Below, piece after piece: positions 28,873 through 38,328 of a stretch of 55,012 bases of DNA (within the stretch, counting starts at the first letter, position 1; every line of letters begins with the position of its first letter). Origin of the DNA: Candidatus Faecisoma merdavium (GTDB lineage: Bacteria; Bacillota_I; Bacilli_A; RF39; UBA660); contig DVJX01000056.1 of NCBI GenBank assembly GCA_018716405.1, forward strand, positions 1-55,012, given 5' to 3'. The notes below the pieces were generated by a model. The model was not told where the DNA came from. It saw only the letters and a list, made by a program, of their open reading frames with translations, and did no database searches. The position numbers were made by a program, and so were the translations under genes.

Positions 28873-30723
28873 TTATTGTTTTTTTTGTCGTTTAAGCTTT
28901 TTTTTACTTGTGTTTGGATTTCTTACGCCAGGGACAGGATCACCTTTTCCATTTGGACCATGTTTTGGAGTTGTCGATGATTGATTAGATTGAGACATTA
29001 ATTCGGGAGGACCAGATATTGAAGCTCCCCCAGTTTTTTCAAATGCTTCAATAGCATCTTCTATCTTAGCATATTCTGGCATTTGTTTTTTCATTTCATT
29101 GTGTAAACTATTACGATATTCATATTGTCCTTTTGCTTTACCATAATTTTCATTTGCCTTTTTTAGAGATTCATATGCAGTACTTGCTTCAATAGAATCA
29201 GCTCCATAATTAGTAACAGCAGCTTGGTAATCACTTTCTACTTTTTTAACATAATTTTCCCATGCATACATTTTTCCTTTAGCAGCTTTTACATTATTAT
29301 AAGAATCCAAATATGCACCTTCAAATATTAACTCTGGAGCTTGGCCAGAATACTTGCTACCTAATTCTAATTGTTCTTCTAACTTACGCTGCCTATCTAA
29401 CCCTTCATATCGTTGGCGTGCAGTATCTCTTTTTTCTTTAATCTCACGTCTCATTTTTCTATCAGCAGTATCCCATATAGAAGTTTTACCATCACCACCA
29501 GTAAGTGGTATATTCTTCCAATTTCGTTTTACGCCTGCCATAAATCCATTACCATGTATCCAACTATCAGCACCACCAATTGCTAAATTAGCAGCTTTTC
29601 CAGCAATAGGCACTTCACTCATTTTTTTCAATGGATTTAAAGTGAACTTGCCATCCATCTTCATTCCTGTTAGATCCTCAATCAATTTTGGCAATTGTTT
29701 TGCAAACAATAACGCTCCTAAAATAATAAATACTTTTACAAAAGGATTAACTTCTCCCATTTCTTGACCTGTAACAGCATCAACAAAACGTAAGTCTATT
29801 ATCTGAGTAATTACAAAAATTGCAAAATATATAGCCAAAAGTCTTATAAACAAATCCAAATATGTATTTATACAAGTCTTAACCCACTTATCAAAAACAT
29901 CTTTTCCTTTTTTAGGATCTATTCTTGATATAATAGGAACTGGTGCTAACATTTTTAAAAATCCCAATTTGACACTTCTAATGGCAATATCAAAACAAAA
30001 AACAATCAATAACAAAATCATTACTACTCCTGTTATAGTTGAAAATATTGTTGTATATGTCATTACATAATTACCATCAGAATCTCTCATAATTGCAATT
30101 CCTGAATCCAAGTATACACTAATACTACCGGTAAAATGAGCATATTCTAAATTTTTTCTTAAAGATGCTGTATCTTCTATGGAACTAATATTTTCAATAC
30201 ATGAAAAATCAGCATTATTGCCTGTAAAATTATCAGAATCACATTCAGGATATCTATCAACATCAAAATAATAAAACGCCTTAAATGTTTCATATGCCAT
30301 CGTATTACCTGGGTCTGCAACTACCGTTGTATTAACCCCATTAGTTGAAAACAATTTACCAATAATATTATCTTTTAAAATAATACCTTGTAATTCCATA
30401 GCATAAGTAAAAATAAAAGGGGTTAAAATTAATAAAACTAAAGTCATAATAATGTTACTAATCAATTTTCCAAAACCTTTATTCTTGTCTGTGAAAGCAT
30501 CTGGATCAACTATATAAGTTAAAATTGAAAATGATACTTTAAATAACATAAAAACGCCTAACAAAGTATAAATTCTATTTGAAAATAACGTGAAAACATC
30601 TTCACTAAATATTGAAGTTTCTGCTATATTAACCAAAAGATTATATACAGTTGGTATAAACTTATAAACTATAGAGTCTAACCAAAATAATAAAGTTCGA
30701 AAAATCGTTTCCAACCAACCCAT
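28873..30723 (-). CDS. Polytopic membrane protein, candidate VirB6/TcpH/ConG analogue, with a long soluble C-terminal tail
   Basis: At least six hydrophobic helices in the first ~400 aa with an extracytoplasmic Cys-containing loop. The C-terminal ~200 aa are coiled or low-complexity and end KKKLKRQKKQ. Confidence 0.5.
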   Translation of the reverse strand: MGWLETIFRTLLFWLDSIVYKFIPTVYNLLVNIAETSIFSEDVFTLFSNRIYTLLGVFMLFKVSFSILTYIVDPDAFTDKNKGFGKLISNIIMTLVLLILTPFIFTYAMELQGIILKDNIIGKLFSTNGVNTTVVADPGNTMAYETFKAFYYFDVDRYPECDSDNFTGNNADFSCIENISSIEDTASLRKNLEYAHFTGSISVYLDSGIAIMRDSDGNYVMTYTTIFSTITGVVMILLLIVFCFDIAIRSVKLGFLKMLAPVPIISRIDPKKGKDVFDKWVKTCINTYLDLFIRLLAIYFAIFVITQIIDLRFVDAVTGQEMGEVNPFVKVFIILGALLFAKQLPKLIEDLTGMKMDGKFTLNPLKKMSEVPIAGKAANLAIGGADSWIHGNGFMAGVKRNWKNIPLTGGDGKTSIWDTADRKMRREIKEKRDTARQRYEGLDRQRKLEEQLELGSKYSGQAPELIFEGAYLDSYNNVKAAKGKMYAWENYVKKVESDYQAAVTNYGADSIEASTAYESLKKANENYGKAKGQYEYRNSLHNEMKKQMPEYAKIEDAIEAFEKTGGASISGPPELMSQSNQSSTTPKHGPNGKGDPVPGVRNPNTSKKKLKRQKKQ

Positions 30724-30756
30724 AAAAAGTCAACTCCCTTTACTTAACTAATAATA

Positions 30757-30790
30757 ATTATAACATAAAAAAAAAAGATTATAAATAGTT
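30757..30790 (-). promoter_or_regulatory. Candidate promoter of the T4SS operon
   Basis: Extended -10 TGTTATAAT lies ~30 nt upstream of the SD AGGGAG and ATG. The -35 (TTTATA) is weak. Confidence 0.35.
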
Positions 30791-30792
30791 TT

Positions 30793-31824
30793 TTAATCTT
30801 TTTTTAATTGTTGTAAAATAATACCCATTCCTACAAAAATACTTATTACACTTATCAAATTTCCTATGAATGGAATTATTGATAAAACACTTATTATACT
30901 TATTCCTATTAACCCAATTAAATAAATATTGTTATCTTTCTTTATTATGTTTTTCCACACTAAATACCCTATTAAATATGAAGTAAATAAACTAGATAAC
31001 CAAATACAAACTATATAGAAAATTAATAACAAGATTGCTAAAGACGTTCCAAAAACTAGAGTTAATAATAAGATAAAAATAATAGGTATTAAAATAACAG
31101 ATAAAGTCCCAAAACCAAATAAAGAAAAGAAATTTAAAATCGTTAATTTTTCATTTTTATGTTCAATTCGTTTAAATAATTTTGGCGTTATAAATGCAAA
31201 GAATAAAAATATTAATAACAAGCTACCATAATTTGTAATAAATTGCCATACCTTTTCTTGAAAAGTAATATCTTTATACATCTTTTCTGTTACATTAAGT
31301 TCATTAACATTACCTTTATTTTCTATTACAGCATCCTCATTATAAGATAATACACCATCAATATTTCCATTAACTTTAATATCACTAGATTTAATATCTA
31401 CATTTCCATTTATATTACCATTTATGGTAACATTCATAGCATATATTTTAACATCTCTTTTAATTGTCCCATCTATAATAACTTCGCTTCCAACAATAAC
31501 TAAATCACGATCTACAACAACATTACTATCAAACTTTATAACATTACCAATTATAATACCATCATTAGACACATTTCCATTAACATTAATGTTATTACCA
31601 ATTAAAAATAAATAATCACTTATACCATTAAAATTAATATTATTTCCAATCATAGCATCAATACCGTGAACATTATTTTTAGATTCTATATTATTACCTA
31701 TAATAATAGAACTACCATCAACATTTTTTTCTTCTTCAATCGTTTCATTTATATTAAAATTAAGACATGAAGCATTAATAATAGGAAACATAAATAAAAC
31801 TAACATAAAAATTATTTTCTTCAT
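30793..31824 (-). CDS. Secreted bactofilin-like (polymer-forming, beta-helical repeat) domain fused to a ~5-TM C-terminal anchor
   Basis: Signal peptide, then repeated IGNNI.. / V.GN(V/I) motifs over ~170 aa, then a hydrophobic C-terminal half. Confidence 0.6.
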   Translation of the reverse strand: MKKIIFMLVLFMFPIINASCLNFNINETIEEEKNVDGSSIIIGNNIESKNNVHGIDAMIGNNINFNGISDYLFLIGNNINVNGNVSNDGIIIGNVIKFDSNVVVDRDLVIVGSEVIIDGTIKRDVKIYAMNVTINGNINGNVDIKSSDIKVNGNIDGVLSYNEDAVIENKGNVNELNVTEKMYKDITFQEKVWQFITNYGSLLLIFLFFAFITPKLFKRIEHKNEKLTILNFFSLFGFGTLSVILIPIIFILLLTLVFGTSLAILLLIFYIVCIWLSSLFTSYLIGYLVWKNIIKKDNNIYLIGLIGISIISVLSIIPFIGNLISVISIFVGMGIILQQLKKD

Positions 31825-31915
31825 TTTATCACCATTATCATAATATCATTTTATGATAAAAATGTCAAAAAATTATAAATTTTAAAAAAAAATACATAAT
31901 ACTAATGGTGATATT

Positions 31916-32443
31916 ATGGAACTATTAGTATTATGTTTAAAAATTTTTTTTGTAAGAATTTTAGATGTTTCCTTAGGAACATTGAGAACAGTAATTACAG
32001 TAAAAGGCAAAATTCTATATGCAAGTATTGTTGGATTTGTAGAAGTTTTTGTATGGTTTATAATTGTAAAAGAAGCATTAAACACTGATGAAACAAGTTT
32101 ATGGATAGCCATATCTTATTCTTTAGGATTTGCTACAGGAACTTATATAGGTGGAATCTTATCAAAAAAATTTATATCGGGAAATTTAAGCGTTCAAGTA
32201 ATAACAAATAAAGCCTATCCAAAAATGATAGAACAATTAAGAAAAGAAGGATTTGGAGTTACAGTTATTGATGTAGAAGGAAAAGATAATACACTTGAAA
32301 AATACATGCTATTTATTGAAATTAATAATAAAAGTTTTAGTCATTTACATCATATTATAAAACAATGTGATAAAAATGCCTTTATTGTAGTGAATGAAAC
32401 AAAATATGTTCAAAATGGATTTATTGATATCATAAAAAAATAA
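31916..32443 (+). CDS. UPF0316 / DUF2179 family membrane protein
   Basis: The N-terminus LKIFFVRILDVSLGTLRTVITVKGK is typical of the family. C-terminal DUF2179-like alpha/beta domain. Confidence 0.75.
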   Translation: MELLVLCLKIFFVRILDVSLGTLRTVITVKGKILYASIVGFVEVFVWFIIVKEALNTDETSLWIAISYSLGFATGTYIGGILSKKFISGNLSVQVITNKAYPKMIEQLRKEGFGVTVIDVEGKDNTLEKYMLFIEINNKSFSHLHHIIKQCDKNAFIVVNETKYVQNGFIDIIKK

Positions 32444-32531
32444 CCCTGAATTTTTCAGAGTTTTTTTATTGTAACATCATCATTTTTTTAAATTCTTTTT
32501 CTATTTTATTAACGTAATTTTATCAAATTAA

Positions 32532-32870
32532 CTACTCTTCGTGAATTTTTTCTATGATATCTTCTATCTTTTTACCATATTCAATAGACTCATCAAACAC
32601 AAATTCTAATTCAGGTGTATGCCTTATATCAATTCTATCAGCTAATTCTTTTCTTATAAATCCTTTGGCATCATTTAAAGCTTTCATAGTTATTTCTTTT
32701 TTGTTATCATCTAATACTGTCACATATATTTTAGCATAACTTAAATCACTACTTAATTTACAATCAGTAACAGTTACAAACTTTATATCACTATCTTTTA
32801 CTTCATAAGCTAGAATATAACTAATTTCTTTGATTATATTACTAGCAATTCTATCTATTTTTACACTCAT
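32532..32870 (-). CDS. rbfA: Ribosome-binding factor A
   Basis: RIASNIIKEISYIL...VTVTDCKLSSDLSYAKIYV...RHTPELEF, located downstream of infB. Confidence 0.9.
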   Translation of the reverse strand: MSVKIDRIASNIIKEISYILAYEVKDSDIKFVTVTDCKLSSDLSYAKIYVTVLDDNKKEITMKALNDAKGFIRKELADRIDIRHTPELEFVFDESIEYGKKIEDIIEKIHEE

Positions 32871-34948
32871 CTTTTTATTTCCACCATTTCATACGCTTCA
32901 ATAATGTCTTTTTCTCTTATATCATTATAGTTTTCAATAGTGATGCCACATTCTAATCCTTTTTTAACTTCTTTAGCTGAATCTTTTTCTCTTTGAATTG
33001 AATTTATATTACCATCATATATAACAACGCCATCTCTAATTATTCTTGCTTTTGAATCTCTTTTTATAACACCATCAGTAACATAAGAACCAGCAATAGT
33101 ACCAACTTTAGAAAATTTAAATATCTTTCTAACTTCAGCAGTTCCTATAACTTTTTCTTCATAAATAGGTTCTAACATCCCTTTCATAGCTGCTTCCATT
33201 TCTTCTACTGCTTTATAAATAATATTATATAATCTAATTTCAACACCTTGTTCTTTAGCATAATCTTTTAATTTACTATCTGGTCTTACATTAAAGCCTA
33301 TTATTATAGCATTAGATGCTTTAGCTAAAACAATATCACTTTCTTTAATAGCTCCAACACTACTTCTTATAACATTTACTTTAACACCTTCAACATCTAA
33401 TTTTTCTAATGAATTTTTAACAGCTTCACTACTACCGTTAACATCAGCTTTGATAATTACATTTATTTCTTTTTTTCCTTCTTGTATTTTATTAAATAAA
33501 TCTTCTAAAGTAACTGATTTGCTTGGTGTCATATCTTTTTGTTTTGCCATTTCTTGTCTTTTTAAGCCAATATTTCTAGCTTCTTTTTCAGATTCAAAAG
33601 CCATAAATTTATCTCCTGCTTTTGGTACTTCATTAATACCTGTTATTTCAACTGGTTGTGATAATTTAGTTGAAGTTAAGTTTATTCCTTTATCATCTTT
33701 TAATGTTCTTATTTTACCATAAGCATGACCTACAACAACTGGATCACCTAGTCTTAAAGTACCATTTTGAACTAAAACTGTTACAATTGGTCCTAAATGT
33801 TTATCTAGTCTTGATTCAACAACTGTTCCAACTGCATATCTATTAGGATTTGCTTTATATTCATTCATCTCAGCTACCAATAAAATACTATCTAATAATT
33901 CATCAATACCTTGACCTGATTTAGCAGATATTAAATTAACAATTGTATCTCCACCCCAAAACTCAGGCGTTAGGCCATGTTCAGTTAATTGAGTCATTAC
34001 TCTTTCAACATTTGCTTCTGGTTTATCAATTTTATTAATTGCTACAATAATTGGTACATTAGCTGCTTTAGCATGATCAATTACTTCTTCTGTTTGCGGC
34101 ATTACACCATCATCTGCTGCAATAATAATTATTATTATATCAGTAATACTAGCACCTCTTGCACGCATTTCTGTAAATGCTGCATGACCTGGGGTATCAA
34201 TAAATGTAATATAATCATCTTTTACTTTAACTTGATATGCACTAATAGCTTGAGTAATTCCACCTGCTTCACCACTTGCTACATCAGTTTTTCTAATAGC
34301 ATCTAATAAAGTTGTTTTACCATGGTCAACATGTCCCATAATAGTTACAACCACAGGTCTTTTAACTAAATCTTCTTCTTTATCAATAATTTCATATTCT
34401 TCAAAATTAGTAACATCAGCTGTTTCTTCTCTTTTTAATTCTTTATTGTATTCTAGAACTAATATTTCAGCATTTTCAAAACTGATTGCATTATTAATTG
34501 TTGCCATTATTCCTAAAGAAAATAATTTTTTTACTAATTCGCTACTATTGACTCCAATAGCGTTAGCAAGTTCTCCAATAGTCATATTTTCCTTATATAA
34601 AACTACATTGTCACTAGTTGTATTAGTCATTAATTTAGTCTTATTTTTATACATTTCTTTTTTCTTTTGTTGAAAATCTTTTTTAGATGGCTTAATATCT
34701 TGCTTTTTCTTTAATTTTTGTTTTGATACTGAATCATCTATTTTTATATTTTTATTTTCAATAATTTCTTCTACTATTTCATCCATGTCATCATAATTAG
34801 CATTGTCTAATATAACAATATCATCTTCACTTAACAAATCATCTTCATTTGTAACATCTATGTTAAGTTCTTCACATTTTTTTAATATTTCAGCAACGCT
34901 TTTGTTTACATCATTAGCGTATTCTAATACACTCATCATGATAAACAC
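32867..34948 (-). CDS. infB: Translation initiation factor IF-2
   Basis: GTPase motifs GHVDHGKTT, DTPGH and NKID, plus a conserved C-terminal domain. The exact start among several N-terminal Met codons is uncertain. Confidence 0.95.
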   Translation of the reverse strand: MFIMMSVLEYANDVNKSVAEILKKCEELNIDVTNEDDLLSEDDIVILDNANYDDMDEIVEEIIENKNIKIDDSVSKQKLKKKQDIKPSKKDFQQKKKEMYKNKTKLMTNTTSDNVVLYKENMTIGELANAIGVNSSELVKKLFSLGIMATINNAISFENAEILVLEYNKELKREETADVTNFEEYEIIDKEEDLVKRPVVVTIMGHVDHGKTTLLDAIRKTDVASGEAGGITQAISAYQVKVKDDYITFIDTPGHAAFTEMRARGASITDIIIIIIAADDGVMPQTEEVIDHAKAANVPIIVAINKIDKPEANVERVMTQLTEHGLTPEFWGGDTIVNLISAKSGQGIDELLDSILLVAEMNEYKANPNRYAVGTVVESRLDKHLGPIVTVLVQNGTLRLGDPVVVGHAYGKIRTLKDDKGINLTSTKLSQPVEITGINEVPKAGDKFMAFESEKEARNIGLKRQEMAKQKDMTPSKSVTLEDLFNKIQEGKKEINVIIKADVNGSSEAVKNSLEKLDVEGVKVNVIRSSVGAIKESDIVLAKASNAIIIGFNVRPDSKLKDYAKEQGVEIRLYNIIYKAVEEMEAAMKGMLEPIYEEKVIGTAEVRKIFKFSKVGTIAGSYVTDGVIKRDSKARIIRDGVVIYDGNINSIQREKDSAKEVKKGLECGITIENYNDIREKDIIEAYEMVEIKR

Positions 34949-34951
34949 CTC

Positions 34952-35218
34952 CTATATTAAATTTTTTAATTGTTCATAAATTTCTTTCTTAACCTCTATT
35001 TCTAAGATTCTATCTAAAATTTTACTCTTTTTAGCTTTTTCAAAAACTTCTAAATCTTTTTTTAAATAAGCGCCTCTACCATTTGCTTTTCCAGTTAAAT
35101 CAACAATAACTTCTTGATTTGGAGTTCTAACAATTCTTATTAATTCTTGCTTAGGTAACTTTTCTTTAGTCACTATACATGAACGCATTGGTATTTTTTT
35201 AACTTTCACCTTAATCAC
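34952..35218 (-). CDS. ylxR: YlxR-family (DUF448) RNA-binding protein
   Basis: PMRSCIVTKEKLPKQELIRIV...GRGAYL motif, positioned between nusA and infB. Confidence 0.85.
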   Translation of the reverse strand: MIKVKVKKIPMRSCIVTKEKLPKQELIRIVRTPNQEVIVDLTGKANGRGAYLKKDLEVFEKAKKSKILDRILEIEVKKEIYEQLKNLI

Positions 35219-36371
35219 CTACTATATTTATGCCCATCTCTTTAGCTTGTTCAGTTGTTTTTATATCTAGTTTATATTTAGTCAAACGTGACGCTAATTT
35301 TACATTTAATCCTTTTTTGCCTATAGCTAAAGATAAATTATCTTGATCAACTACAACTAATGCTTCTTGTTTCTTTTCATCTGTTACAAAAATATGTAAA
35401 TTTTTAGCTGGAGATAAAGCATTTTCTATAAATTTAGCCTTATCATTTGTATATGCTACAATATCAACTTTTTCTGGGCCTAATTCTTTCAATATATTTG
35501 CAATTCTCATTCCTTTTTCACCTATACATGAACCGATTGGATCAACATTAGGATTTTCTGAATAAACTGCAATTTTAGATCTAACGCCAGCTTCACGGGC
35601 AACGCTATAAACTAAAATAATACCTTCATTTATTTCTGGAATTTCTAATTCAAATAATCTTTTAACAAAACCATAATGATTCCTTGACAATAATATAAGT
35701 GGTCCTTTTCCGGTACTTTCAACTTTCGTTACATAAACTTTAATATTAGAACCCATTTTTATTTTTTCGCCAGGAATAATTTCTGATTTAGGTAGTATTC
35801 CTTGAGTTCTACCTAAATCAATATAATAATTTCTAACATCTTCCATAGCTACTAGACCAGTTACTAATTCATCTTGTTTATCAGCAAATTGTTCCATTAT
35901 AATATTTTTTTCAGCTTCTTTTATTTTTTGAATAACTACTTGTTTCGCAGTAGCGGCTGCAACCCTTCCAAAATCTTTAGGAGTTACTTCTTCCTCAATC
36001 GTTTCACCAACTTCAATATCAGGAACAATTTTTCTAGCTTCTTCTAAAGTTATATGAATTCTTTTATCAAATATGTAAGGTTTTTCTACTTCAATTGTAG
36101 CACCTTCTTCCTCTGATTCTGTATCTTCAACCTCAATCATAATAGGCTCTTTAGCTTCATGTTCTTCATCTAAAACTACGGTTTTAAAAGAATAAACATG
36201 AATATCACCGATTTCTCTATCTATAGCAACTCTAACATTTGTCAAAGATTTGTAATTTTTTTTATAAGCAGATGTTAATGCTAGCTCTAAAGCATCATAA
36301 ATATAATCTTCAGATATTCCCTTTTCTTTAACTAACAAATCCAATGCTTTCTTAAATTCTTTAATGTTCAA
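35211..36371 (-). CDS. nusA: Transcription termination/antitermination factor NusA
   Basis: NusA N-terminal, S1 and two KH domains. Start moved to the TTG (LNIKEFKK), 10 nt after AAAGGA and 2 nt after the rimP stop. The track's longer N-terminus would overlap rimP. Confidence 0.95.
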   Translation of the reverse strand: MNIKEFKKALDLLVKEKGISEDYIYDALELALTSAYKKNYKSLTNVRVAIDREIGDIHVYSFKTVVLDEEHEAKEPIMIEVEDTESEEEGATIEVEKPYIFDKRIHITLEEARKIVPDIEVGETIEEEVTPKDFGRVAAATAKQVVIQKIKEAEKNIIMEQFADKQDELVTGLVAMEDVRNYYIDLGRTQGILPKSEIIPGEKIKMGSNIKVYVTKVESTGKGPLILLSRNHYGFVKRLFELEIPEINEGIILVYSVAREAGVRSKIAVYSENPNVDPIGSCIGEKGMRIANILKELGPEKVDIVAYTNDKAKFIENALSPAKNLHIFVTDEKKQEALVVVDQDNLSLAIGKKGLNVKLASRLTKYKLDIKTTEQAKEMGINIVGD

Positions 36372-36372
36372 A

Positions 36373-36621
36373 TTAATCACATCCTTTCTCTTTTGAACAA
36401 ATATCCACAATATAACTTTCATCAATAAAATCAATTTTATCTAATATTGGTCCCACTAAGTCATTTACATTAACGCAATCATTAATAGTGATAAAACCTT
36501 CTTTATCAATAATTATTCTTAAAAAATTAGTATTATTTTCCTTAACATACTTTACATCATCTAGAATATAACCTAAATCTGTAATTGGTTTTTCAATTAA
36601 TTTTCTAACTTTACTTTCCAT
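36373..36621 (-). CDS. rimP: RimP, N-terminal domain only (82 aa)
   Basis: The layout matches the RimP N-domain as far as the position of the SSPG motif (ICSKEKG here). The C-terminal Sm-like domain is absent and nusA starts immediately. Confidence 0.65.
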   Translation of the reverse strand: MESKVRKLIEKPITDLGYILDDVKYVKENNTNFLRIIIDKEGFITINDCVNVNDLVGPILDKIDFIDESYIVDICSKEKGCD

Positions 36622-36643
36622 AAGACCTCCAACTTATATTAAA

Positions 36644-36664
36644 GAGTGGGATTATGTCCCACTC
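36644..36664 (-). promoter_or_regulatory. Perfect 8-bp hairpin in the rimP-nusA leader (candidate attenuator)
   Basis: GAGUGGGA-cauaa-UCCCACUC followed by UUUAAUAU. It lies between an extended -10 (TGATATAAT near 36677-36685) and the rimP SD. Confidence 0.35.
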
Positions 36665-36749
36665 CTTATGCAATAATATTATATCATAAATTTTAGATTT
36701 TAAAACATTTTTCTAAAAAAGATTTATTATTTTTTGTTTAAATGATATA

Positions 36750-37460
36750 ATGTATTATGGTGAGATAATGAAAAATACAATTTTAAAAAGACAAATTATA
36801 GGTTTATGTGTTGTTGTATCTTATTTTATATATAGCTATTTTCAAACACTTCCATTATCAATATTAGGTATTGATTATTATAAATTAAGCATGACAAATA
36901 AAATTATATATCTAATTTGTACTGAATTAATTTATTTATTAATTTTATTCTTTATTTATCATAAAGAATATATTAGAGATTTTAAAGATTATATTAAAAA
37001 TTTTAAAAATTATATGCTTAAATATATGGAATATTGGGCATTAGCTTTCTCGTTAATGTTAATAAGCAATTATTTTATAGTTAGTTTATTACCAAATTCA
37101 GTAGCAACCAATCAAGAGGCAATTAATAATACTTTAACTCAAGCACCTATTTATATGGTTATATCAGCAGTTTTATTTGCACCATTTTTAGAAGAAACTA
37201 TTTTTAGATTTAGTTTTAGAAGGATTTTTCAAAATGATATATTTTTTATTATTATTTCCGGATTAGTGTTTGGAAGTTTACACGTAGTTGGATCTTTTAA
37301 AAGTTTTATAGATCTTATTTATATAATACCTTATTCAATTCCAGGATGTGTTTTTGCTTATACACTAGTTAAATCTAAAAATATATTTATTCCAATGAGT
37401 TTACATCTTTTTCATAATGGCATTATGATGTTTGTTCAATTAGTTTTATTATTTATTTAA
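36750..37460 (+). CDS. CPBP-family (CAAX/Abi) intramembrane glutamic protease
   Basis: Motifs APFLEETIFRF, FGSLH and HLFHN within a polytopic protein. Confidence 0.8.
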   Translation: MYYGEIMKNTILKRQIIGLCVVVSYFIYSYFQTLPLSILGIDYYKLSMTNKIIYLICTELIYLLILFFIYHKEYIRDFKDYIKNFKNYMLKYMEYWALAFSLMLISNYFIVSLLPNSVATNQEAINNTLTQAPIYMVISAVLFAPFLEETIFRFSFRRIFQNDIFFIIISGLVFGSLHVVGSFKSFIDLIYIIPYSIPGCVFAYTLVKSKNIFIPMSLHLFHNGIMMFVQLVLLFI

Positions 37461-37469
37461 GGAGTTGTA

Positions 37470-38312
37470 ATGAAAAAATTTATTATTATATTAGTTATCA
37501 TTATTTTAATATTAGGTTTAGGATTACTATATTCAAGATTTATTGCGACTAGTGGATTAAAAGTTAAAGAGTATAAAGTAGTAAATAATAAAATAACAGA
37601 TTCTTACCATGGTTTAAAAATAATTCATTTATCTGATATTCATTATAATTCAACTATTAATGAAAAAGAATTAAATAACATTGTGGATAAAGTAAACGAA
37701 ATAAAACCTGATATAGTCGTTTTGACAGGTGATTTAATTGATGAAAGATTATCTTATGACAAAGATATAATTATCAATTGTTTAAGTAAAATAGAAGCTA
37801 AGTTAGGAAAATTTGCCGTAAGTGGTAATCATGATATTCCACTAGATGATTATAATTATATTATTAAAGAAAGTGGTTTTACTAGTTTAGATAATAAATA
37901 CGAGTTAATATATTCTAAAACAAGTGAACCAATCATAATTTCTGGTATCGGATATGGTGATGAAGATATTGGTATAAAAACAGAACAATATGATAAATAT
38001 ATATCCGAATTAAAAGCAGACGATATCAAGCCAATTTATTCAATATTATTAGTTCATGAACCTGATACTGTGGATAATTTAGATTTAAACAAATATGATT
38101 TAGTTTTAGCAGGCCATTCTCATGGTGGGCAAGTAAGAATTCCATTTATTGGAAAATTATATACACCAGAAGGAGCTAAAAAGTATTATGATGAATACTA
38201 TAAAATAAATAATACAGATTTATATATTTCTAGTGGATTGGGAACATCAATGTACAAATTCAGATTATTTAATAGACCATCTTTTAATTTTTATCGAATA
38301 ACAAATAAATAG
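37470..38312 (+). CDS. Membrane-anchored metallophosphoesterase (YkuE-like)
   Basis: N-terminal TM. Calcineurin-like motifs LSDIH, TGDLID, GNHD and GHSHGG. Confidence 0.85.
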   Translation: MKKFIIILVIIILILGLGLLYSRFIATSGLKVKEYKVVNNKITDSYHGLKIIHLSDIHYNSTINEKELNNIVDKVNEIKPDIVVLTGDLIDERLSYDKDIIINCLSKIEAKLGKFAVSGNHDIPLDDYNYIIKESGFTSLDNKYELIYSKTSEPIIISGIGYGDEDIGIKTEQYDKYISELKADDIKPIYSILLVHEPDTVDNLDLNKYDLVLAGHSHGGQVRIPFIGKLYTPEGAKKYYDEYYKINNTDLYISSGLGTSMYKFRLFNRPSFNFYRITNK

Positions 38313-38328
38313 CCTTTAAATTGGCTAT

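Larger units (their letters stand above)
21015..30723 (-). other. Minimal Gram-positive type IV secretion gene cluster (seven ORFs, one transcription direction)
   Basis: See the component CDS entries. Spacing is tight or overlapping, and the cluster has its own extended -10 promoter upstream of the first ORF. Confidence 0.75.

Noticed and set aside
29354-29767. ORF-track entries lying antisense inside long, well-supported genes: 3885-4112, 7762-7959, 12730-12975, 13335-13562, 13814-14005, 19049-19342, 20385-20624, 21229-21489, 24471-24695, 28386-28580, 28766-28984, 29354-29767, 31424-31615, 32554-32739, 33450-33722, 33989-34306, 34446-34673, 41001-41195, 44760-45032, 47696-47917, 48827-49048, 50164-50613, 50791-51078, plus the same-strand, alternative-frame ORF 46824-47009 inside pglZ.
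   Set aside because: All are fully embedded opposite, or out of frame with, genes that have clear homology signatures. They have no SD and give low-complexity, Ser/Leu/Phe/Ile-rich translations, as expected from the reverse strand of AT-rich coding DNA.
21015-30723. The T4SS cluster as part of a prophage or plasmid-like tectiviral element.
   Set aside because: There are no capsid, terminase, portal, tail, polymerase or lysis-cassette genes. The VirB4 + VirD4 + VirB6-like + CHAP hydrolase combination is conjugation-type.
31882-32112. 76-aa minus-strand ORF overlapping the 5' end of the UPF0316 gene.
   Set aside because: It is antisense to a gene with a family-typical N-terminus, and it has no SD.
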